A DNA stretch of 63,813 nt, the filler included, from Folioceros fuciformis (Eukaryota): the NCBI GenBank assembly GCA_049999805.1. It is 9 parts of 9 records of this genome, joined end to end, with 100 filler letters (N's around TTAATTAATTAA, not from the genome) between each part and the next. Parts side by side here need not be neighbours in the genome. Positions count along the whole stretch, not along the records: positions 49,444 to 55,166 come from JBNGIO010004007.1; positions 55,267 to 61,129 come from JBNGIO010004009.1; positions 61,230 to 62,468 come from JBNGIO010004022.1; positions 62,569 to 63,813 come from JBNGIO010004050.1; 5 more parts are not named here. One strand, written 5' to 3'. Positions within the stretch are counted from its first letter, which is position 1, and every line of letters begins with the position of its first letter. Below, in pieces: positions 52,385-63,813 of the stretch. The translations under genes were made by a program, and so were the position numbers. The notes beneath the pieces are model-generated. The model was not told where the DNA came from. It searched no databases and worked only from the letters and a program-made list of their open reading frames with translations.

Positions 52385-55166
52385 GGTTCACATGCTTGCG
52401 GCCGTCCCTTGTTTCAACTGTGAGGGTAAACTCTTGTAGCAGAAGAATCCACCTTGCGATACGCGCTGACAAGTCCACCTTGTTCACCAGATGTTTGAGC
52501 GCAACGTGATCCACATGAAAAACGAACTCATACGAGAGCAAGTAGTGTCGAAATTCCCGAACTAAGTACACCATTCCTAAAGCTTCCCTCTCAGTAGTCG
52601 TATATTTTCACTATGCTTCTGTGAGTTGTCGCCCTGCATAGTAGATGGGGTAGTCCCGCTTCTTCTCGTCTCGTTGACTGACTGAGCACTACTCCGATTG
52701 TAAAGGCTGAGACATCCACATAAACATGAAATTTCTTGCTCCAGTATGGACCTTTGAGAGTCAGAGCCAAAATGAGTGTAGTCCAGAGATCCTGAAATGC
52801 TTCTTCCCTCTACATCGTCCATACCCACTCCTGATCCTTCCGCAACAAACTGGTTAGTGGCGCGACCCTCTTAGCAAAGTTTTTAATGAACCTCCTATCG
52901 TATCCGACCATACCCAGGAATCCTGTTAATTCTTTTAGCGTCGTGGGAGGTTGGAGGGCTGCGATTATTTTGAACTTGTCAAGATCCACCTCTATTCCTC
53001 TTGCTGAGATTCAGTGCCCCAACATGATTCCTTCACCCATGCCGAAATAGCATTTCTTTGGATTCACACCCAATTTGGCTTCCCTGCATCTCTCCAAACA
53101 TTTTCGCAAGTGTCCCAAATGGTCCTTCTCTGCTCCAAACACATAGAAGTTGTCCAGGAATACTTCCATGAAGTCGCAGAGAAAATCCTTAAAGATTTTC
53201 ATGATCGCCCTCATAAAGGATCCCGACGCTCCAGTCAGTCCAAAGGCGCTGGGTTTATAGGTGTAGGTTCCCCAATGGGTAGTAAACGCAGTTAGCGGCC
53301 AGTCACTCTCTCGGAGATGAAGCTGATTATATCCAGAATACCCATCTGAAAAGGAATACACCATTTGGTCTGTAACTAGGTCCAGAATACTGTCGATGAA
53401 TGGAAGTGGGAAGTGATCCTTCTAGGTTACCTTGTTCAGCCTTCGCCAGTCCTAGCATACCCGTATCTTGACCAGCTGTTTTTTAGGTATCACAACAATC
53501 GGCGCTACCCATTCCGAGGTAACAATGGGATAGATGATATATGCCCTGAGGTATAGTTCCAGCTACTTGTTGACCTTCAATGAATATTTTGGGTTCAGTT
53601 TGCACTGTGGAATTCTGACTGGCACAGCCCCAAGTACCAACTCAATCTTGTGCTCTCCCCACTCCTTGGGTATACCCTTCATGTCCGTGACGTCGAAGGC
53701 AAAAACATCGATAAATTCTGCCAATAATTCCTTCATTCCTTATTCTAGTACCTTGTCTTGTCCAACTTCATAAAAAATTTGAGGACCTTTCCTGACAGCA
53801 CCTCCACATCCTTGATCTCATCTGCCTGCACTTATTCTCACTCCACAGGTGCCAAGGTGACTCCGAATCCCTCCTCAGGTCATTGAGGCTCTGTTTCACG
53901 CATTCCCCATTCACGGAAGAGCTCCTCTAAGGTGAAACATGTGACATCCTCCTACGGCTCTTCAAGCATAGGTGGCTCAATCCCCTGTTCCTCTAGTTCC
54001 AACTCCCATGGTTCAGTGACCTCGGTAGTGGATTTCACTACCTCTGTAGCGGGTTCCACGACCGCACAGTCGATCGTCACCCCAGAGCAACTTACCGAAT
54101 GGGCAGGTTTCGTTGGTAATCGTTTTCCTCATCTGATCAGGAGATTTGGGCAAAAGGGAACCTTTCCTCCTCGTCTACTCCCCCATCCGTCTCTTTTGCT
54201 GAGGTGTACCCATCAGTCTCAGTAGGTGTCTCTCTTGCATACATATCCTTCCTCCAGGACAAACATATTTGCCCTTCCTTGGTCTTAGGATCCCAGTCCA
54301 AAGGTTTGAATCCTACTTCCTTCCGTCCCCACCTGAAGGTATACCGGACACCGTACATCCATGTCCTTCCAATTAGCACCTCGTATCCCGGAGCCTTCTA
54401 TTTGATAACCACATAATCCATGAGATACGGAATAGTGCCAATGTGGGTCAACACTCCGGTGATTTCTCCCACAGGTGCCATCTTCGACATGTCCACCAGA
54501 CGCAAAACTTTGGTTGTGTGCTTGATTTCCAGTCCCGACTTCCGGGCCGTGTCTTCCGTCATGATGTTCACTCCAGACCCAGTGTCCAAAGGTACTTTCT
54601 TGATCACACACCCCGCAATTTCTATTTGTAACTTAGCTGGTCCTTGATCTGCCATGGCCACCAAATTCATAGCAAGGGGTCTCGATCTCACTCTTGGTAG
54701 GCTGCGCTTCCTCTAGGGTTGGGCAGCCTTCAATGCCCGCCATAACTGCTGCCTGTATCGAGGCGTGTCTCTGAGAAGTTGCCCAAAAGTTACCATGAAC
54801 TTTTGGTCCATGATGGCCTCTGCGAAGTCAAGGGCCTCTTCAACTCACATCCTCCCCTTCTCCGCTCCTGCTCCGGATCGGTCATTTCCAAGTCCTTCCT
54901 ATGATCCGATAGTCGCAGCATCGGGCTGTTTTTCGCCTGACATGGTTGGGCGCAATGGGGTCTGCTCCAGCTCTTCCCGGATCATTTCCATTACCTTGTT
55001 CCAGACGTCTGGGGGAAATCCTAGCACTCTCAAATTCTCCATTCGCGGGGTTCCTCCTGCTGCCTCGGTTTCCTAGATTCGATCACCTTCTGCCTGGACA
55101 TCCCCCTTGGTGTGAGTCACGAGATCAGTATTCCCCTTTTCTTTTCCCAAATTTTTCTTCTCAGCT
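52385..55166 (-). mobile_element. Ty3/gypsy non-chromovirus (Athila/Tat-group-like) pol: protease, RT, RNase H; degenerate
   Basis: VPLDTGSGVN protease; DHFPLPFIDSILD; SDGYSGYNQ; FRHYLL..VDHVALKHL..RIARWILLLQEF. Order is PR-RT-RH. Confidence 0.92.
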
Positions 55167-55539
55167 NNNNNNNNNNNNNNNNNNNNNNNNNNNNNNNNNN
55201 NNNNNNNNNNTTAATTAATTAANNNNNNNNNNNNNNNNNNNNNNNNNNNNNNNNNNNNNNNNNNNNTGTGTTGTGTGCCGTCTGCGAGACCCTTCAAACC
55301 TCAATTGAATTTAATTAGGATAAATCCATTTTTCTCCCTTTTCACTGCTCTTGTGAGGACACTTCTAGCCAATGGGCAACATCTAAGGACAGGATGCTAG
55401 GAAGATGAGATTAAATGCTCAATCTTGGTGTGTAGGTTGATATGAGGTGTGTGAGCTACTGTTTAGAACATCCATTATAGGAACAGGTTGCACACTGACA
55501 ATTTCACGACAAAGGACCAAATGGCCCCCGTCCTCAACC

Positions 55540-55831
55540 GGACCCCTAGTCCTGTTTTTGGTCTACCCCAAAACTTCAAGACCCAAGGAGGTCTTGTGTA
55601 TATATAACCCTGCCTATTCTCAACTCAAGCCGCTTTCACCCTTATCTCACAAAAAAAATGAAAAACCACCAAGNNNNNNNNNNNNNNNNNNNNNNNNNNN
55701 NNNNNNNNNNNNNNNNNNNNNNNNNNNNNNNNNNNNNNNNNNNNNNNNNNNNNNNNNNNNNNNNNNNNNNNNNGAAAAACCACCAAATCTGGCACTTGGC
55801 AAGGGGATTTTCAAACATTTTTACTTCTACA
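55540..55831 (-). mobile_element. Family D terminus, truncated
   Basis: TGTAGAAGTAAAAATGTTTGAAAATCCCC...GAAAGCGGCTT...GACCTCCTTGGGTCT matches 25043-25190. Confidence 0.75.
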
Positions 55832-56489
55832 CCTAGGCAGGACAACTAAATGGCGGCACCCTAAATCATGGTTAAAGGCACCCTGAGGTGCAAACCGGTC
55901 ACCTCTAGGCCAATGGGTTTTCTAGGTAGGCATAATAGCAATCTTCTCCATTACAATTTTTTAACTACGATTCAATAACGAATACCATCTTCAAATTTAA
56001 TGTTATATGAATGCAAAACGTGTAGTATAGGTGTATTTAACTCTATAATTTTTTCATAGTCATTCTAGTAGTGAGATCGAGGCAATAGACATAGGATCTG
56101 AAAACTACTAACGAGAGCATTCAATTGTGTTGCAATGAACATAAAAACTTAGGCAAATAGTATGAGACTATGGCTTGACCAGCACAACTAAGTATTCATG
56201 TACCAAATGTGTTTACGTAATTAATTTGTAATACAATAGGAAAACTAATCATTGTGTGCAAGAAGGGGGTTGAAGGGTTCAGCCATAGAAGGTGGTAATG
56301 GAAAGTTATGCCCTGCTTGAGCTGAGCTCCTCAACTTTCCTTCAAACACTTATGAACAATTGCAGAATTAGAAAAAACTTAGGATAAGCTTTGTCTCATC
56401 TAAATGGCATTTCAACTTTTTAGTTAGGTCAAACTAACAGACGTGTCCCCATCCTGTGAAGCGACATCTACAAGTGGACCAATGTGCAG

Positions 56490-57370
56490 AGGAGATGCAA
56501 ATCTAGTCTAGAGGCAATGATGAAAATGCACCTCTTGGTTGTTGAGGAATTCAGCATGTTATCCGGGTGTAAATTTAACTGGGCCAAGACACAGATGATC
56601 TACCTCAACACAAGTGACAGAATACCCTTATCGGTGAACCATATCAAACGCATTTGTGGAACCCAGTTCCACAAGTACCTTGGTATCCCTCTACAAGAGG
56701 GGGAGGAGGATAGGGAAATTGGGAAATATATTGTCTCAAGGTTCATCAGGAAAGCTTAAGCTCTCCAAATATTACAGCTCTCTACAGCGGCCAGGGTAGT
56801 TGCCATCAACTACATCCTGACAGCCATGCTATGGTACTTCCTATTCATTTGGTCTCCTTCTTGAGCGGACTCTACTAGGTTGAAAAAAACCATCAGACAG
56901 TTCTTATGGAGCAAGACTGTGGAGGGTGAAGGCAATTGCAAAAAAGTAGCCTGGGACCTCCCAAACTTCAGGGTGGCCTAGCCTTACTTGATCTGGTCCT
57001 CAAGACCCACGCTCTACATGCTCAATGGGTGCTCAAAGCTATGGGTCCTCTGGACTTCCCATGGAAAAACTTCCTCAATACAAGGCTCCAAAGCGCTCAA
57101 CTTAGCAAGGCTGGTCAACAGGGCCTAGTGCATGTTCTTGCAGACCCTGTCCGGTTGGCTCAAGGGGAAGGGTCACCGTTGCGGCACTCCATTTGGTGTA
57201 GTTTCCGCAAGGCTCTAGCTATGGCCTGCTGGCAACTCCCGGACAAACGCTTAGAAGCCCTTGCGTTACCTCTGCAGGGGTTTTTGTTATGGTGGATGCA
57301 CACATTAGACTTCCCGGCTCACCACTCAACAAACCTTCCGTTTTTCAGCTGGGGCCTCGGGGTCTAGAGT
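56490..57370 (+). mobile_element. LINE (L1/Tx1-like) ORF2 fragment, end of RT and downstream region
   Basis: FSMLSGCKFNWAKT, KYLGIPL, LSTAARVVAINYIL, KLQGGLALLDL..HAQW; contains stops. Confidence 0.85.
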
Positions 57371-57376
57371 TGGTGC

Positions 57377-57668
57377 TGAAGGTTCGCTAGGGAAGCAACA
57401 TGATGAAGGAGGAGGGGAGCCACATGATGAAGGAGGAGAGGAGAAAGTAAGGTCTCTCACACTCTCACTATGTTGCAAGGGAGCTCAAGGGGGTGTTTAT
57501 ACCCTCTAGAAGAGTTCCCTAGGAAGCTTCCGAAGAAGCGTACAGGAAGCTGCACAAGAAGCTTCCTACAGATTAACTTAAGCTAATCTAAACTAATGGT
57601 ACTTAATTAGACACTAATCTTAGACTAAACACATTAGTCTAAGCACATTGGGCTTTAATAACCCTACA
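57377..57668 (-). mobile_element. Isolated family B LTR without matching TSD
   Basis: Homologous to 18172-18463; the flanking 5-mers GGTGC and AGAAC differ. Confidence 0.9.
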
Positions 57669-58253
57669 AGAACAAGCTTCAAAGCTGGTGATAAGCTCGT
57701 TTGCCAACCTTCTGCTATTTTAGACGAGAGGAAGAGGCAGCTAAGTGGAAGAAAAATTAAGGAGTATTTGGTCAGCTGGGAGAGTGACAACGGAGAAGAA
57801 CCAATCTGGGAGACTCAAGCCTTCGTTGATTTATTTCAGCACTTGAAGGAGCCCAAGGAAGCCAACGATGAACAATTTCTCTAGAGCCCCGTTTAGAAGG
57901 AAGGGGATGATGTCACGGCTAGCTATAGCCATGAGCCTATGGGCCAAGAGTAGCTCGATGAGAATTGGGATTGGGCACTTGATCAGTGCCCATATGAAGT
58001 TGCTAGCATACGAACAATGGCTGCAACTATATAAGCTTAGGGCATGCCTAGAGTTTAGAAGAGAACCAGCTAGGTAGTTAGTGTTAGGACTAGGGGTCAA
58101 GTAACTCAAGTTAGATGAACTCGAGTTAGTAACTAACCCAAGAAGCGACTCAACTAATTGGGGTCAAGAACCTAAATGAGGACGGATGGCGGGGGCTTGC
58201 TTGTTTTTCCTTGGGAGCCATGGGCTTGTTGGCAAGATCGACGTTTCCTTACA
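57669..58253 (+). mobile_element. Chromovirus (Ty3/gypsy) 3' end: chromodomain, PPT and 3' LTR (57911 to about 58253)
   Basis: PSAILDER..KEYLVSW..EPIWE chromodomain; PPT AGAAGGAAGGGGATGA followed by TGTCACG; copia RT sequence resumes after CCTTACA. Confidence 0.8.
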
Positions 58254-58489
58254 TACACCCATTTGCATGGCAATGTCTTCTTACCGCTAGGCAACTAAAC
58301 CAACTCCCAAGTTTGGTTCTTTTAGAATGAATCCATCCATCTGCAACTACATCACAAAAGACAGGGAGCTCTCTTCATTATGAGCCGCATAGGTCCAAGA
58401 AAAGCATCTCCTACAGACCCTATAGGATTCTATTCTAGGATGCATTTACAATGGCCTATCTTATCGCCATGCTCGCCTCCCATCCGGCC

Positions 58490-60660
58490 GTCACGCTCGT
58501 CCTCTCGTTCCCCAACCTCTAACTCTCCTCCCTTGCCGTTGGTCAGGCAAATCCTCCCAAAGGATCTCCACCTCGCCACTGCTACTACTCGACTTTTCAA
58601 GTGGCGGCATGGGTGGGCCTTGTTGTGAGGAACTCCTCTCCTCCCATCGGGAAACCCTAAACCATAAGGATCAACACCAGCTCCTATTCAACCCATGCTT
58701 GTGCTTCCTCCTCCGTCAACTCTTCCAGGACTACCTCTGAATAGTAGGGAGGCAATCCCCACACTCGGCAACAGTGGTAGAAGGACCCCTTGTCACTCCT
58801 AGTCCCACGCGCACAAGTGCAATCAAGTTTAGCACACAGTCTCCATTCACATAAAGGCCAGGGACATAAATGGCCTCATCCTAATATTGCAATACAATTT
58901 GATCCTATGTTGCGGATGAAGTGCTTACCCCCTTTTGTGAACTGTTTCGGACTGCCTCCCCTCTACTTTACAGTGGCACTTGAAGATCTTCCATCCCCCT
59001 AGCTGCTACTCTGCCCTGCTCCGTCTTCCTGATGTGGGTTGCCATTCTAACTTTACAGGTTGCAGGTTTCTCGATGATTGCTACCTCCGTTACCTTGGTT
59101 GGACTCTCCTCTATCGGCGTGGACTCTCTCCAACCAGTAGCCTCTTCACCTACCTCCATCGCAACTCGGCTGCTTCACCTAGCATTTCCATTCCCTTTCA
59201 CCGAGCTCCAGGCTTTGTCCCGTTCCCGCTTGTACCTGTCCGCCAGCTTTTGCACTCTCCATAGCAAACCCTTCCTATTCTTGGGCCTTCAATAATTCCT
59301 ATTGCATTTCCTAATTAGTTCCATGGGCTCCTCTCAAGAATTGCTCCTTCAATGTTTGCACTTCCTCTCGAGCTTAGTGGGCTTTCTCTTCTACTTGCTC
59401 CTTGGCTACACTCGGGGTCTGCCGAATTTCTTCCAGTTACTCCCAACTTGATTCGGCCTCGAGTAACTTCTCTACTTCCGCCTCATTCTACCCTGCATAC
59501 TTAGTTAGGTTAGTGCCATGGCAGCCTAGTCCAACATGTTTGCCTGAGCCTGCACCGTTATTGCAGTTAGGCCTGGCAAGGCCACTTGCTGTTCATTACC
59601 CCCGGAAGCCATCCTTCTATCCAAGATCTGCCTCCCTAACAGTACGCTTACACGCATTCCGGCTAGATCTTTCGCCTGCGACCTATTTACCAAAGGAACA
59701 CTCCTGAAAATTCCTTCACATCCTGGGAAAGGTTCCTCCTCCTGCACTTACCCTAACTCACCCGCCACCTTAGGCCCACTTCCTCTTCTAGTACTTTCGT
59801 CTGAGGTGACCCGCTTCCTCTTCCGACACTTTCTTCTGAGGTGCCTCTAACTTCTTTTCAGCCCACTCTTGGACAACTTCCTGTTGCAGCGATTCGCCTG
59901 TCCTCTTGGCGACTCGCCTACTCACATTCCTTCTCTTGGCTGGGGTCCTCCGGCCTACTCCTACCTTCTACTTCTTGCTGGTTGGGGTTTCTTCCTCTAC
60001 ACTTTCTATGGCCCCTGCTGGAGTTGATTTCTTGACTCCTGTGGCTGCCACTTCACTTCCCTAACCAACTTCCACATGTGCAGCGAGGCAATCACTTCAA
60101 TCTCAGATAAGATATTAGCATATTAATACAAGTGAACCAGGAACGGGGAAATCATCAACAGTCAGGGAGAGGGGAAGGCCAAGTTCTGCCTCTCCTCGTT
60201 CAGCTTGTCATATAGGATTTTTCCCCAATCAACTACCCTTAACCACTTCGTACAAAATAGGAGCATCTGGTCAGAGAGGTAACCTTGCTTCCAATTCTGC
60301 AGGAAGGACAGGACCCACCTCGCGAGACACATCAGTTGGGCAGTCACCATCTCCCTTGCCAACCACCCATTGGCTCCTCTCCCAATTCCTGCCTTGAACA
60401 GAGCTGCCGCTACTGTTGTGGTGCTGCATTTCATCAGCAACTCGAGGACAAGTCCTCTTCTCCTGGCTACGCCCATACACCGCCCGCACCAGGCCCACGT
60501 TCCAAACCTGTGGGTTCCCTCGGATCACGTTCCAGGCTCCTTAGTCACTGAGCGCATTCTTGCACAAGGCCAGGAGCTGCGTGATTCCATCACAGGGCCA
60601 TGAACCCGAGGCCTAGTTCTTCTACCAGCCCTTTGGATCTAGCCTGCCAGTGATCCTTGT
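58490..60660 (-). mobile_element. Family D ORF-X, third copy, more decayed
   Basis: ANGWLAR..TAQLMCLARWVL.FLQ..KQGYLSDQMLLF..VDWGKILYD matches 51182-51420; YCCRVWGLPPYYSE is also shared. Confidence 0.8.
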
Positions 60661-61439
60661 TCAGCCAGCCTTCATCTTCATCTGTGAGCTTGCCTACCAA
60701 CTTCAGGTCAGAAGTCTTCAAGCAAGTCTGATCACCTTCCACTACACCGTGAGTTCAAAAACTTTAAGGGAACATTCTGCCACTACATTAGCTTGCCACA
60801 CAGCTGGGTAACCCACCCTACAAATTCTCTTTCATGAACTCAACTATATCGCAAGTCACAAAACAGCAAACTTCTCTACTCACCACTGTCAGCCACCCAA
60901 AGCGTGTTCCACTTTTTGAGTATATGTAGCTAATGAGCATGTGATAGTTCAGGCACAGACTCACAAACACAAGCCTCAATATAGGGCTTCAAATTTCAGA
61001 GACAGACAATGTACCCTAGAATCAGACAGTTTCCAGCACAAGTCTGTCTCTTCGAGGTGTTAAAGATCGACGACCCATCTATGGGTAAGAGACTGCCACC
61101 TGTTCACAGTGTTGTAATGGAAAGCCGATNNNNNNNNNNNNNNNNNNNNNNNNNNNNNNNNNNNNNNNNNNNNTTAATTAATTAANNNNNNNNNNNNNNN
61201 NNNNNNNNNNNNNNNNNNNNNNNNNNNNNAGATAATTTGCATTAGGCCGTGGGCCTTAAAAAAGCGTGGAGACGACCGTTGGAGTGGTGTCCCGTGGATG
61301 GTGTCGGTTAGATTTTTAGGTCGCGACTATTAGGGGCACCGATACGAATCTAGCGATTCGTATCAGCCGCTATTTGAGTTTGGCCTAATTAATTAAATAA
61401 CTTAAATAACCTAAAATGCTGGATACCCTAATTCTATAG

Positions 61440-62320
61440 AAGGTAGAGGCAGAAGAAGTGGATTTGGGATTACTACTAGAAGGCATCCTTCTATTAGTAT
61501 TGTCTCTTTTCTTAGGCTGCTGTTGAGACCGCCCTCGGGTGACAAACATCACGCATTCACCACCATGCTTAGATGTGCCAGAATTGTAGCGAGAAGCCTC
61601 CTCTTGCAAGAGCGCTCCAGCAATCTCGGACACAGTAAGAGTGGATTGACCACCAGTCGCCACTCGCTGAGAGTCTGAGAGTTATGGANNNNNNNNNNGT
61701 TATGGATTGACCACCAGTCGCCACTCGCTGAGAGTCTGAGAGTTACGGACCGACTGATTGTGTGAAGAGACAAAGGATTGATAGCTAGCCAGAAGGCTAG
61801 CCAACAATTGTACAGCAGCATCAAACTCAGACATAGTAGTGCCTACTGCAGCCAATTGTGCCGGGAGGTAACAAAATCGACTCACATGGTGAGCAATACT
61901 ATCGCCTGGTTGCATACAGAGAGTATAAAACTCTTGGCGCACAGTGACCAGGGTCATCACATTGGTGGACTGATAAATGTCATTTATTTGCTTCCAAGCT
62001 TCTGCTGCTGTAATTGCACCATTAGTATGGTGTAACGTAGTCTCGTCAAGGCCAGATATTAACATATGCATGGCTTGACGATCAAGTTTTAACCAAGCTT
62101 CGACAGCCGACTGGGGTGCCAAAGGCTTGGGTGAAGATTCTTCCACTAGTGGAAGAAGATCACGCGTATTCAACGCCGCCTTCATCCGACGAGACCAAAC
62201 TTCATACTTGGTCCCATTGAACCTATCTTTTTCTTTGAAGTCGGTGGAAACGTTCATAACATTGATCACCGGTGCCATAGATGGAGGGATTGGGGTCATT
62301 GGATTACTTGTCCCTGACAT
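61440..62320 (-). mobile_element. Ty1/copia gag fragment
   Basis: DFKEKDRFNGTKYEVW, ISGLDE, QEFYTL, GALLQEEAS; homologous to the gags at 570-1140 and 44421-45178. Confidence 0.9.
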
Positions 62321-63813
62321 TCTTGTGGTTTAATCTTCAACAGAGAGTTAGGCAAGTATTGCGTTATAACACAAGGCTTAGAATAACACCAAAGTAGAAG
62401 ATAGTGTCAAGGAAAGTATTGTTTAGAAATGTCACTTCAACCACCTATGGATCACTATCCGGTAACTANNNNNNNNNNNNNNNNNNNNNNNNNNNNNNNN
62501 NNNNNNNNNNNNTTAATTAATTAANNNNNNNNNNNNNNNNNNNNNNNNNNNNNNNNNNNNNNNNNNNNTTAACTGTTTTCGCTGCGGTTATAACCGAACC
62601 GCAGTAGTATAAACTCGCACTCAACCCATACAAATATATACTTTTCTTTTCACGATCTCGCTCGTCTTTAACCCTATTCCTCAAAATTATCACCTGTCGA
62701 TATCTATCTGCATTTTTCAGAAACGGTGGCGAAATAGAACACCAGTGAACCGGTGCGGAACAAGCGAGAGTGCGCCAGTAGACTGGCGCACTCTTTAGTA
62801 AAGTGCATCGATTAACTGGCGCACACTGCCAAAGGTACATGTATGTCAAGTGGAAAACGACACTTGTCTGGCGCTACATACAAAAATTATTATACTTATG
62901 TCTCGAAGACAGAGTTCCTTAGGAGGCAAGTAGTGTCCAGGTGCATGGTGAGTAGAACTTTCACTGTTTTGGGTTCGTTGGTGTTTCTAGGATTTTGCAA
63001 TTGGTTAATTTTGTGGATTAGTGACATCTCTAATCCTTCGATTCCAGGTTGTGGAGGATTTTTGAAGAAATTGTTCTTTCTAGATAGGGTGTCTNNNNNN
63101 NNNNGTTGTGGAGGATTTTTGAAGAAATTGTTCTTTCTAGATAGGGTGTCTAGATGGATGTGAATTGTTTGTTTGATGTAGTCGGCGTTGCAGGCGATGA
63201 CCACATCGAAGGATGTGGTGTATTCATTGATCATTGTTGATGAATAGGAAAGAAACTTGAATGTAGGAGATATCATATTCTGTAGGGTCTAGAAATCCCC
63301 TTAATAGCAGCTCTTCCCCTAAGAGGAGAAGAACACCATAGACTCTGGACCACGCGTAGACTAGCAGGTCCTCGTTCTGGTAAAGCGTTGCCTTCGAAAG
63401 CAACCGCTTAGGAGCATGTCGTTTCGTATCAAGCAAACCGTGCCCTAACTAATCCTAGGGATACTATTATTGTAACATTATACACATCTCCATGAATGCC
63501 GTGAGTCTGCGCGGCGGGCGATTGTGCCCTGTTTCTATCTTTGGAAGTTGACCGTGTAGTGACGGCTGAGGATTTGACTTGACACTCTCGCTTAGTTTAA
63601 GTCCCATCCATTCAAGTTCCAGCGAAAAGAATTTGGATTGTCCGAATTTCCTGAGCACCTTCCAAAAACAACTCTGAATTTTCGCTGGCCAAGTTATGAA
63701 CATCCCAAACGCATGTCCCTTGTGTCTCCGAATTCATTGAATCTGCTGGCGGAGTATCACCCCCCAAATGGCCAGCGTAGACCCTCTTCGCATCACCGTA
63801 GGTTTGTGGGAAC

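Noticed and set aside
61341-61364. 10-bp stem hairpin GATACGAATC-TAGC-GATTCGTATC
   Set aside because: Isolated, with no poly-T tract or Helitron-type CTRR spacing, and the context is an unclassified repeat end.
61645-61746. Exact duplications flanking 10-N gaps (also 63047-63152)
   Set aside because: Typical unmerged contig overlaps.
62896-63813. Minus-strand ORFs, possibly a LINE 3' end
   Set aside because: No intact zinc-finger or RT motif, so it cannot be supported.

Overview
This is eukaryotic plant-type (streptophyte) genomic DNA and is not one contiguous locus. It consists of nine short scaffolds joined by artificial 100-bp N-TTAATTAATTAA-N linkers. Most of it is nested, decayed retrotransposon sequence: several Ty1/copia families, a non-chromovirus Ty3/gypsy, a chromovirus 3' end, a LINE fragment and a DNA-transposase relic. 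Four host genes are supported. (1) The 3' part of an 11-exon phosphoinositide 3-kinase gene (8095-11041, minus), with an open reading frame and class I rather than Vps34 signatures, which is unexpected for a plant. (2) A LEA-like gene fragment. (3) An intronless GT92 (GALS-like) glycosyltransferase. (4) A 5-exon TBL-family O-acetyltransferase. The most notable observations are the class I-type PI3K, a TG-terminated insertion carrying fused decayed host-gene fragments (PLS-type PPR plus acetylglutamate kinase), and a repeat family whose LTR-like terminus runs into a long unassigned ORF with no visible PBS. All family assignments come from reading motifs by eye; no database searches were run.
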